A stretch of DNA of 64,000 bases from Basidiobolus meristosporus CBS 931.73. Taxonomy: Eukaryota > Fungi > Basidiobolomycota. The position numbers were made by a program, and so were the translations under genes. Positions 53,084-64,000 of this stretch are shown here, in pieces (the stretch's first letter is position 1; every line of letters starts with the position of its first letter). Below the pieces are notes generated by a model, which was not told where the DNA came from, did not search any database, and saw only the letters and a list, made by a program, of their open reading frames with translations. The stretch covers positions 62,001 to 126,000 of the forward strand of contig MCFE01000086.1 in NCBI GenBank assembly GCA_002104905.1, given 5' to 3'.

Positions 53084-53680
53084 ATGATGTCTACTGGGGA
53101 GCTCCCCCTCGAGACATACCCGTGTCTCTCATTTCTGACTGGTAGTGACATGTCGATATCCGATTTTGTTACGCAGATGGTAAATCAGATGTGGAGCTGG
53201 AGAATTACAGGCAGTCAGATAACTGAACCAAGTCCAGTTTTTCGGAACTTTTGCCGAACTATCATCACTCGGAGTGATGCCAGCCCAGTGAATGTCCTTC
53301 TTGCTCTAAAATATTTCCAGAAATTCGGCAAATGCACAGTCACGAAGGGTGGAAATGAGTACTCAGAAGCCAACCATTTTGTTGTGGCACTAATGCTCTC
53401 GCACAAGATGCTCGAGGATTGCACTTATTCTAACGAAACGTGGTCTCAGATCACCGGGATTCCATGTTTGGAGCTGAATCTTCTCGAAAAGAATCTCCTG
53501 AAGCTTCTGGAGTACGATGTTCATGTAAGCCAGGAGGAATTCACCCAGTGGATCCTCTACGTTGAGCAGTATGTGCGACATCGCGAGCCACACCAATCGA
53601 CCAGATCCCCTAGAAAATATCCCTCGTTTTCTACCGCAATACTATCATCATGGACCAGGGTTTTTCAGAAAACGTGCTGA
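53084..53680 (+). CDS. Pho80/Pcl-like cyclin-domain protein
   Basis: SPVNVLLALKYFQK; VVALMLSHKMLEDCTYSNETWSQITG...LNLLEKNLLKLLEYDVHVS. Start codon choice is uncertain. Confidence 0.8.
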   Translation: MMSTGELPLETYPCLSFLTGSDMSISDFVTQMVNQMWSWRITGSQITEPSPVFRNFCRTIITRSDASPVNVLLALKYFQKFGKCTVTKGGNEYSEANHFVVALMLSHKMLEDCTYSNETWSQITGIPCLELNLLEKNLLKLLEYDVHVSQEEFTQWILYVEQYVRHREPHQSTRSPRKYPSFSTAILSSWTRVFQKTC

Positions 53681-54182
53681 ATAGTGAGTCACAAGAGACC
53701 TTCAATAGAATATGTACAAACACCGCATCATTGATACACCCCCTTTTCATTTGGCCCTGGTTTACGGACACTCTTTGGAACCCATACTAGCCTCTCTACT
53801 GGACGTCCTTTTCAACTCTGTAACATGCCATGCCCCATTACCCTTATGACCTTAAGTACCATTGATTCGAACCTCGCAACCCACATTATCCAATCTTCTC
53901 TCAGTACTGGCCAGTAACACTTCACAGTAGTAGTAGACAAATAGAAATTAAAATCATGTAAAGCACACAACATCTTCTGTTCCATAACACTAAGAGTATG
54001 AGTCGGACCACCGCTCTCTTGTATCGTCAATCCGCTTCAAGTAAAGCTTCTTTAATATGTCTCCACCGATAGGCTGTTGAGACAATCTTTCATGGCCAAT
54101 TTTTTTCCGATGATCCTAAGCCACATTCGATCGGTTTTTAAATCTATCCATGGAATGGAGGTTTTTTCATTAGACCTTGGCC

Positions 54183-55671
54183 ATGTCATTCGGCACCAGT
54201 AGACCCAACCGGAATATAAGCAACGATGAGGCAGTGCGAGGAACGAACGACGATGCGACCATCAGTAAACTGTAGTGTCATCCCAATTTCCACCAGCACT
54301 TATTGTAAGCAGAAACCTGTGTATTCACCGCATTTTGTATCCTCACATCTAGCTCGGCTGTCAATCTGGGTTATTTAGAAGATAAGTTTGCTAGGTATTT
54401 CGTCAAACGCGGGACACGTAGACCACCTATCATCAATCGGGGTAAACCACTTGACGGCTGAACTTCACTTTTGAACCTGCCCAAAAGCTAACCAGGCAAT
54501 TCTCTCGAACCCTCGATTTCGGTCGCGCCCTCGCAGGAAGCTTTGTTCGGACGCGTTTTTTAGATAGTTTGCTTCAACTCTTCATAGACAGCTCCACCGA
54601 AAAGAAACAGGTTGTTTCCTTGGGAGCGGGGTCTGACACCAGATACTTCCTACTCAAAGTAATGTTCTACTTGGCTCCGAAGCCAGCTGTTCCCTTGTTG
54701 CGGAAAGCTTGGAATGCTGACACCGTCTGATAGGAAGCCAAGCAAAACCCCCATCTCTATATTGAAATAGATTTTCCGGAAGTAACTTCGAGGAAATTGG
54801 CTACCATCTACAAGAACCCCGAACTGAAGAGGCTTCTCCCTGAAGATGCCAAACTTGGTCAGTAAAAAGAGTGCACTAATGTATTTCTGGTGGCTTATGC
54901 GAAAGAAACGTACAGGAAACGGCGGCACGGAACTGTACTCTAGTGATTACATATTACTCTCTGGCGATTTACGACGTTTCACGGAAGACCTAGTTCCCCG
55001 TCTGCAAGAGTTAGGATGCGATTTTAGGTACGAGCTACGAGCGACTCTGCCAGCAAGAGTAACCCAGTGCTAAACGCGATCTGTTGACCCTCAGCCTTCC
55101 AACAATGTTCCTTTCTGAGTGCGTACTCATATACCTGGACCCCATTTACTCGGACAAGATAGTTCTGTGGGCCGTCGAGAGCGCCCCAAAGAGCATGTTT
55201 GTCACCTACGAGCAGATACTGCCCGACGATCCATTTGGCCAGATGATGATTCGTAATTTGGAGGTAGTGTGAGGTCTGTCCGAATCTTCGTCGACATCTT
55301 CTCAATCCAGTTTGCTAGCTACGTGACATCAAGCTGCGTGGACTTCATGCATATCCCGACCTAGCTAGCCAGGAGGAGCGGTACTTACAAAAGGGATGGA
55401 GATTTGCCAAAGCCCTAGACATCCAAGAGCTTCATGAACATTACATAAGTTCAAGCGAAAAGGCCAGGTAGTATCCGCATCGAACCGGACCTTTCAAAAG
55501 TGCACCGACTAACGGATTGATCAACGCAGGATTGCCAAGCTGGAATTTTTGGATGAACTGGAGGAATGGAATCTACTTGCCAAGCATTACTGCATTGCAT
55601 ATGCCCTCACCTTCCCTGAAGAGTCTAAGGAACAGTCACCGTTCAAGGACATATGCTTCCAAAAGCTCTGA
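54183..55671 (+). CDS. PPM1: Leucine carboxyl methyltransferase 1 (PP2A methyltransferase), multi-exon
   Basis: DEAVRGTNDDATISKL; PPIINRG; QVVSLGAGSDTRYF; YFEIDFPEV; LSECVLIY; YEQILPDDPFGQMMIRNL; LDELEEWNLLAKHYC. Confidence 0.9.
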
Positions 55672-57137
55672 TTGCTCCACTTTCGATCACACCACCCTGT
55701 GTCTAGCTAGGAACCCTTAGCATCTTTACCTCTCATCCATTTTGGATTTTGTGTGCACCAATGAATCAGAATTGACCAACCATCCTCTTGACAACCATGT
55801 ACATTTAAAGTGTCAATCCCATTCATCTTACCCCACATCAGCGTAAACCCTTGCTTTTTATTTGTTCACGAGGGCATGGGACGGCTACGGACCAGCAACC
55901 GCAGTCCTGGAGCTGGTAAACGACACAGCCACAGGACACCTGTGAGTGATTGAATGAGTCGGATATAGCAATCCAAGAAACCCAATGTTGCATAACTTAA
56001 TACATTAATACTTGGTGTGTGGAATGAACGTTAATCTTGCTCGCATGTGGACCCTGCCTCCATCTCCTCCCCACGCCCCATTATGGCAACAGACGTTCTA
56101 TTACTAAAACGACCTGAATCACCATGAGACATTCAGCTGATTGATGGCCGTCCAGATAACTTGAGTCAACAATATTCTGGGTAGATGAAAAATGAGGCGG
56201 CTGAGGCATCTAATCACCATCACCCCTGCTGATTGGGCCAACTCCTGTTTGAAAGCTTACACCTACTGTTACACTGGACCAGAGAGGGATTGCCCTTCGG
56301 GTATAAATAGCAGCGGGCACTCCCTGGCATCCTTGGGTTTCCGGAGTGTCTCCCCCAAGACGAAGGATGTCTTGCTCCTTGATCACGATCAACCTACGGT
56401 GCTAGGTTGTTCAAGAATACGTCTTAGGCAGTTTGCGAACTCCCTCTAGACCAGTCTGAACCTCACTGCGTAGTGAGTGGTGTTGTTTGCGCAACATCGA
56501 GAAAGCCATATTGTTGGCGTCCCTGAAGAAGAGTACCTGCGAGAGGTATGTCTTTCCCCAGAAGTTTATGAAGCTGCACATGGTGTGCACATGTTCGTCC
56601 CAGGAATCTAGCAGTCATTGCTAATGATGGAAAACCCCTAAGTAAGGCGGTTTGAAAGAAGTTCTCCTAGTCACAGGATCCCAGAAGGTCGTTGGTTAGT
56701 ACTCAACGACGGAAGATTTGTTATTTGCCTCCATTGAGGGAGGTTCAGAGAATCACCGACCGTGATTCAGTTTGTCTCGAAATGATGTTGTAGTCGTGGT
56801 GGCGGTCAGCTCTCTCGATTACCTCTGGTTGATTTATTCGCTGCTACCTAATAAATCGCTGCTACCAGACAAGCCGTGCTTGATATTTGTTTTTATTAGT
56901 GTAGTATGGTTGAAGGTGAAGTGGGCAGGGGCGAGGTGATACACACTAGAGGTGGGCTGGCAGAACAGGTGGGTCAAAAACCAGAAGGAAATGATGACCA
57001 AGCGAGTATTTCAAAAATGGCCTTTATACTTTCAATACACATATACACAACTCTTACACTTCCTGTTAACTACATGAACTTTGGATGCACAGGAACATTC
57101 AAGCCTCGTCAAAAGTGAGGCCGTAGCAAAATTGGAT

Positions 57138-58876
57138 TTAGGAATATCTACAAAGAAACCTGGTCCCTGATAAACTCCACCATCTCCGAGATATCGGAGA
57201 AGATGGAGAGAGTCGACTGTTTGGTGTACAAGAGCGTTTCTCGGTTCAGCATGTTGTCACCATCGGTCCACTTTTGCGTGATAGCCTCGAAGTCCTCTGT
57301 AAAGAGCTCAATCGAGTCAAGGAATTTTCTCTGTAACTGTACGAGGGTTAATATACTGGATGGCGAAGCCCATTATGTCAATTGTGCTCTACCTCGACTG
57401 TCGCTACATCCAGGCCAACGCTGCTTTTCGATATAAGCTTGCTTTGGAGGTTCAGCATACGGAATACAAATATGGACTCGAGCTTCATTCTTTCGAAATT
57501 CCAATGTCGCCGAATTAGTTAATCTGCCATGTGCATCCAGCATAATCCAGGGAACTTACATTAATCCAGCAATACCTGGCTTTCCGTTTGACACGGATTG
57601 TTCAAATGCTTCGCCAAACAGCCGCTTGATGGTAGAGGCGGAGGTGGCCAGCTCTTCGTAGGAAGGCTCTTCAGTCTGCATTTGCGTGTTTAATAAACGA
57701 ACCATCTCCACAATATATCATGTCCTCTTACCTCAATCTGATCGAAATGCGTCAGGCTGCTGAACAGCGTGTTGACAGCATCCAGTGGTTGATCCTCGGA
57801 CTTCTCTTTTGCACTTGGTAGGCCCAGAGGTAGGGCATTTTTTCCAGAAAGAAGTTCTTCCTCTACATCGTTTTCAGCTCCAGTGACTGCAGGAGAATTA
57901 TCAACGGCAGCCGATGTTGAGAGATGCTCGATTAGGGAGGTGTGTGTTTGAGGCAATTGCAGTCGTATAATAAGGCTTTTTTCCTGAGGATGAGATATGA
58001 TCTTGAGCCGTACAATAAGCTGCTTTTTGAGCGTTGTTTTCCGGGTGCATTTGGGCTTGACTAAATCAAGGATCTGTGGAGTCCCAAGCTCCGGAGTGCT
58101 TGACCGGGATCTTAGTAACTTCAGGGCTGGTTCGCGTATGTTGCCTTCTATTTCGACATCATCGACAATGATTGTATCCTCTTCCTCGTGCTCTATTTGA
58201 AAAGCTTCCTTCACTTGCTGTCTGTGTATAGCTCGCTTGATTTCTATGGGAGCTGAGCCTAGGAGCACTTCATCCTCATCCCAGGAGTCAATCGACATGC
58301 TGCTAGCGCTTACCGACTCCGTATCACTATCTTCTGAGGTAGTTGATGCCATCTGATATCCATGGTATGGTATTTGCTTTCCTGAACCTGTAGGGCGCAT
58401 CTTCCAAGAGCAATACAGCTTTCCTCCGGTTCTTCTACTTTTCGTAGGGGAGAGAGATTTTCCACCCGTCGCTTGGCGGGGTCTTTTGCTGCCTGCGGCT
58501 TTACTCGCGAAAGGATTTGATACAAGCGAGAATCGTGAGTTGGGAGTAGAATTGGAGTTGGAACGAGGGCTGCTAAGAGAATCTTCAACGCTTTGGGAGG
58601 AGATTGGGCTTGAGGTTGAGGTGTAAGGGGAGGTCTATTTTTGTGCCACTGGATTAATACGAGCGCTAAAAAGGATAAAAATAAATAATAGGCTCCTACT
58701 TTACTCGCACAGGAATCGTATCCGGAATTACTAATAGAACTTGGGTGGCTTTCTAGACAATGGTTCGTTATGTGTTGGGTCTGAACAAAGGAACCATACT
58801 CGACTATGTTTCCGGGGGCAAAGTAACTTATAAAATCCTTTAGCTTAGATATACGCGTATCGATTTCAGAAGACAT
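57138..58876 (-). CDS. Hypothetical multi-exon protein with acidic and low-complexity middle
   Basis: Long minus-strand ORFs 58310-58876 and 57690-58400, plus downstream exons with GT-AG boundaries. No family recognised and structure approximate. Confidence 0.55.
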
Positions 58877-59861
58877 CTAGCGGGGGTGATATCATGGGGT
58901 TTTTTCCGGGAGGAATGGAGATTTGAAGCTAGGAGGCGGGCTCTAACTCGCTTAGTTGCGAAGTAAACAAGAATAGTAGAACTTTATGAGAAAGTCTCAA
59001 TAAGGTTGGGTAGCAAGGGAATATTGGACTGGCTACGACACTTGAATAGGCAATATATGGGCTAGGGTTCAAGTGTGCGACAGATTCTCAATTAGAATAA
59101 ACGAAACTACCAGTAGATATTTAGAATGGATTTTTTTACTCGCGGAGTGCCAGTCGAACACTCGTGGTAAAGTTGCTAGCTCTGTTCAATACAGGTTCGG
59201 GATGACCGGTCGGCCAATGAACTGTGGTTGGGTTTTTTTTCAAAGTCGATCAGCTTTAATCAGGAATGGAAGCGCTCCAATGATCATTCCATCTGTCAGA
59301 CACCAATAGAACACTCAGCTATTAATAGCATCCATCCCCAACATCAAGACGAATACGGTAATCAGTGAAGCAGACGAGTCGATTAGCTTTACGCTTCGAC
59401 GTTGCAAGACAGGCGGTTGTTAGCTTGATAAATACTAGATCAACCGAGAGCTGGAGGTGAGTTTAAAAGCCTATGTCTAGCTAGAACGATTCTCATTGCA
59501 TGCAGTACGTACGTGCCGTAAATCTCGATCAGTATGACGCCAATCAAAATCGTTGAGAAGGTTGGCAAGGGAACTCTATCTGGTCAGGCGATGATCTCTC
59601 AATAGCCTCAGTACTCACCTCGGCCCTCCCTGATCTACGCGCAGTGACTACTGATTACTGCGTCTCGCGCCTTGTTAATCATATGAGCCAGACAACAGTT
59701 TCAAACCAAGTCTCACAAGGCTTCGTTTTAATAAATGGGTTATCAAACTGCTCACGGAGGCGACTGCAATCATCAGTTCAATATGGATGCTTTTGAGGGT
59801 TTATAAAGTACACGTTGGGTGAGATAAACAAAGAAAAAGTCATTTGGATTGATACTGCGGA

Positions 59862-61457
59862 TCACTTTTTGAAATCGTAAACGCATGAAAGATCGACAGC
59901 TTTCGATCTGCAGTGGGGATTGTAGTTTTCGTCTTTGATGGGGTAAAGAAGCACATTGAAGCGAGGCGTAATTACCACCAGCGTATTGGTAGGGATCGTA
60001 ATCCAGTCTGCTTGTTCAAAGGTGAGCGGCTCTAAAGACAGAGAAAGCAAGGCTCAATCCCACTGTCGAAACACTCCAATAATAAAAAATACGACGGTAC
60101 CTGATGCCACTACTACTATGTCCTCTCTCTTATCAGCCTTGATCTACATGTGGATTGAAGTTGTCATTTAGCAATCAAGTATACCCATGTACCACTGGAT
60201 GATTTGAAATGAAGCGATGACTTGCCATGCGATAGTGGCCAGGCTTGTAGGACTCGAAGCGCGTTCCTGCAAAAACAGTCAAAACTCAGTAAGAGGTGCG
60301 AGGTCTGATAAGGACAGCAGACCCCCTACCTGAAGAGAAATACAAGGATGCCGCTTCTTGGGTTGCCGAGCTAATATATCTCGTGCATATAACAGTTTTC
60401 CCATCTGTTACCGCAAAATTCATCAACGAGGGCTATGAAATCCCCATTGTGTGAGTGAAAAAATCATGCTGCGACGTTAGCTGACGCTATATACCTCCGT
60501 GACTCCGACCTCAGCAGTCCACCCATTGAGCAAAGCAATGGTTTGAAGCATAGCCTTCTTCAATTCTTCGGGGGTGTGGCGAGGACTCTTCGGATCCTCC
60601 AGCTTAACAGACGTGAGTATACCATTCATAAAGGACACTCAAGATTTATCTTTACCTGGTTCAAAAAGAGGGCAAAAGCGCACTCGGAGTCGGTAGTTCC
60701 TTGCACGAAAGTGAACAATTCGTCCGATAGAGTGGCCAGTAGCTTTCTTCTTATCTAATAGAAAGGTGAGCATAGGGACAACAGTGAACACAAGATGCAT
60801 TGCACCCAACCTTATCAAATCCTGACACATTTCCATTATGCATCCACATTAAATTGCCGTACTGCCAAGGATGACCTAAAAACATTCCAGTTCAGCTCTA
60901 AAATCCGTCATACTCGGGCATCTAAAGACTCACAGTTTGCTTCGGAGGCCAGACCAGCAGTGGAGGCTCGGACATGCGCAAAGACTAAAGGGCTTTTGAT
61001 TTTCTCGGCTAACCGAGTCAGGTTGACATTGTTCCAGGCAGGCAATGTCGAGGTGAATATACAAGGACTTTCGTCGCGTTCCGACTCGTACCAACCTACA
61101 AGAAGGAAGCGGGGTGAGCGGGAGACTGCTTCATATGAAAGCACATTTATTCTAAACCAACGAACCGACGCCAAACCCATCACCTAAGCAAAAATCAAAA
61201 AGGTTAAAAGCGGTGGCAATTATTGAAGTGCGTTGGCCAACTTTGTACCGTTTAATGGTCTTCTGGTGTCCAATCTCAACCGAGAATCATAAGACTGATT
61301 AATTATTGAATGCGCTGGACGCGTCAAGAGCTTCGAAATTTAGAGAGGGAAAGACCAAAGGGGTTAATGCCGTCTAGCATTTGGGGATTCAGACGAGTGC
61401 ACCTACATCAGCTATTAAAACTGGAGACTTTCCCTTATACAGCAGAAAACGACACAT
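59862..61457 (-). CDS. DUG3: Class II (Ntn) glutamine amidotransferase, Dug3-like, multi-exon
   Basis: MCRFLLYKG (Cys2 nucleophile); HSIINQSYDSRLRLD.RRPLNG; VGWY..PCIFTSTLPAWNNVNL..LAEKIKSPLVFAHVRAST; EPLTFEQADW. Confidence 0.9.
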
Positions 61458-61932
61458 CGAGCTGATAAGTAGGATATACCAGAACTTCGCTTCAACGATT
61501 CTTCACAACCCATCAAATGTGACGATAAACCAATTCGATACAAAAAAAAATTACCATTTTAGGAACATCAAGGGGATATAGAAGGGGCACATATCAACGA
61601 GGTGGATAATAAATAATATAGTAGCTATACAGCGGGTAGTTGTAAATATCAACACACAATTGTGTGATTGTGTACGAGGCTCTTGGAACGAGTTCATTGG
61701 AGCCTTGTGTTTCGATGCTAGGTTAGATTGATCAGGACAGAGGTTGATGTTTGAGGAGATGAGTGATTACCATGTTCATTTACCGGGTGACAGCAATCCT
61801 CAATAGCAAGACTCTTCCTGGTGTGGGGGCAAAACAGGTGGGACGTGAAAACTGGGTGTATGTAAGCTACATAATATCCATATGCGCAAAGGGCAGATCA
61901 CCAATCCCCATACCAGCCTACATCCGGGTCTG

Positions 61933-64000
61933 CTATTTCTGAGCTGGATTCCCGTCGGCGGCCTCTACGTGGATGGTTCTTACGCCGGCGGTGTTGGTTG
62001 AGGCTGTTCCCAGACTCGATAGGGACGGCATGCCAGTAAGCGTACTTGTCGGAGAATTGTTAACCAGGCCAGTAGCTAGCGCGGCAGACCATCGCTGGTC
62101 CATATTTACATCTTTTATATCCTTCACCCAGGCATGCTGTAACAGCTCTTGGGCGGTAGGGCGTTTTGAGGGAGATCTGGTGAAGCATTTCTTCAAGAAG
62201 TCCATTCCTATATCGCTCAGCTGTGATGGATCGGGAAGGGGCGGGTGTCCGGTCACAACATGGTACATGACTGCCCATTCATTATCCAGGTTAGACCACG
62301 GACGGCGCCCCGTGGTCATCTCAAGGATGCAGCATCCTAAAGACCATATATCCTGTGAACCTTGGCGGCCGCGGTCTCCACCGGTAATAACTTCGGGGGC
62401 CATGTACATCGGCGTCCCTGTTAGGCTGTTGACCTGCATCTGCTTGTTTGCTGTTGCGCGGCCCATAGTCTTCTGGTTGTTGGCAATCACCTTCGCGGCA
62501 CCAAAATCAACAAATTTGATGAGTCCATTGTGATCCAACAGAATGTCTATGAGAATAGCAGTCAATACACCAGGCACACAATGTCAGATGACAAAGACAA
62601 ACAAACTTACTATCTGGCTTGACGTCTCTGTGGACAATGCTGTTTTCATGAAGATACTCCAGTCCATGCAGCATTTGTAGAGTGTATACCCTGACCACGT
62701 TCTCGTCTTCGATTCGGCCATGCTCGAGCAGACCCGTGAGACAGCCGCCTTGGCAGTATTCCATGAATATGTACACTTTGTCGCGATGCACCTCAAGGCC
62801 AAAGTACTTGACTATGTTGGGATGGTCCAGTTTCTCCATAATACACATTTCCTCTTGGATGGACTTATGCAAGGCAGTCAGCGATGATGAATCTGTGAAG
62901 CGAACTTCTTTGACTGCCATGAGATCACCGCTGTCTAGATTGATGGCCAGGTAAACCGAGCCAAAAGTTCCACCGCCAATGAATTTGCCCTGTTGCCAAC
63001 GCAGCGAGATATTACTTGAAGACGAGGCAAGAAACACCAAGCTGCGGTCTTCTGGACGATCATCATCCAAAACTTTACCAATAAGTCCATTATCTTGCTC
63101 TTTTGAGGTCCGGGTCTCATCAACCTCTTTTAATTTGCGCATCCATTCGTCTCGGATAGCTATCAGCGAGCTATCACTAGCAAAGGTACTATATACAGGC
63201 ATTTGCAGGCGTTTCGTAAGGTCATCGAGAGCAGCTTCGACGTTGTGTTGCTTTTCTTGTTCATCTTGGTGTACCGCCTCATGCGCACTTCTTGCTCCAG
63301 CAATATCCACGTGTGAAACCAGAAGAGTCATGCAAATCGCTACATTACTCTGTAGGAGCTCGAACTCTTCGTCGCTAAGAAGCAAGATGTTGTTGGCCCT
63401 TGTCATTTGCATGGCAAATTCCAGTGCAATTACCGCCCAGCGGAAGGTTTTTTTCTCTGTGGGTACGCAATCTGAAACAACGAAATTTACCCAGTCAATT
63501 GCTAGGCGTATCATCTGCAAATTCAACTGCGACCTGGCATTCGTTTCCATAATTTTCAAGGCACGTTGCCCAAAATCAGAAGCGAAAGTGAAGCAGTTTT
63601 CAATCAGATCCACTGACGGTGAGTGCTTGGTGGCCTCTCTAATAACATTGACATTCAGAAGTATTGTTTCCGCCAATTTGAAAACGGTCTTTTTGATTTT
63701 GTTTTGCTCTTTGTGAACTTTGGGGATATTCGACTTTTGAGTGTGAGCAATGTTGATACCAGCCCCCTCTGTCCTGCTTGTAAACACCCGCTTGCTGTCC
63801 GGAAGGCTGCTGGTGCTTTCAGAGATAAGTCGGATACGATTGACGCCAAGATTAATATTCAGATACTCCACATCGATTTGGAGAATTTGGCCGTGCCATA
63901 CAAACTCGCGCTTTCCAGGATTAATCACCAGCATGTAGCTCTCCTTGTTCATGATATCCTCGGTATTCTTGGCTATACAGGACCCCATCAACCTTTGTAC
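61933..64000 (-). CDS. SSK2: MAP kinase kinase kinase of the Ssk2/Wis4/Win1 family; 5' end lies outside the window
   Basis: RWQQGKFIGGGTFGSVY; MAVKEV; HRDVKP intron NILLDHNGLIKFVDFGAAK; GTPMYMAPE; DIWSLGC. Upstream WVNFVVSDCVPTEKKTFRWAVIALEFAM is typical of Ssk2/MEKK4. Confidence 0.92.

Noticed and set aside
50148-53680. PHO8 next to a Pho80-like cyclin as a phosphate gene cluster
   Set aside because: The cyclin cannot be assigned as a Pho80 orthologue, and adjacency of two genes is weak evidence.
61973-63716. Long plus-strand ORFs (61973-62533, 62979-63716) and similar antisense ORFs elsewhere
   Set aside because: They are shadow frames opposite real genes or TEs.

Overview
Fungal genomic DNA with two sharply different compartments. 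Short GT-AG introns and Exo1, Pho8, Ppm1, Dug3 and Ssk2 homologues suggest an early-diverging lineage, but this is inference. Positions 1 to about 45,700 are a nested, almost CpG-free repeat block. It holds two Ty3/Gypsy families (one full-length copy at 27652-32517), two Ty1/Copia families (one full-length copy at 38898-43925 plus solo LTRs with perfect TSDs), several CACTA/EnSpm-like (Tnp2/DUF4218-type) elements with a divergent second ORF, and a foldback/MITE family with AGACTTGTT ends and 3-bp TSDs. Positions about 45,740-64,000 are ordinary gene-dense DNA with normal CpG: EXO1, PHO8, a Pho80-type cyclin, PPM1, an orphan gene, DUG3 and a 5'-truncated SSK2. The most notable signal, not visible as a single ORF, is an AT-rich island at about 21,470-24,030. 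It carries a frameshifted, intron-less, highly divergent family-B DNA polymerase (motifs recoverable across reading frames) next to a degenerate 7-unit array with a 107-bp period. This looks like a decayed endogenous large-DNA-virus fragment. All alignments were done by eye and no database searches were run.
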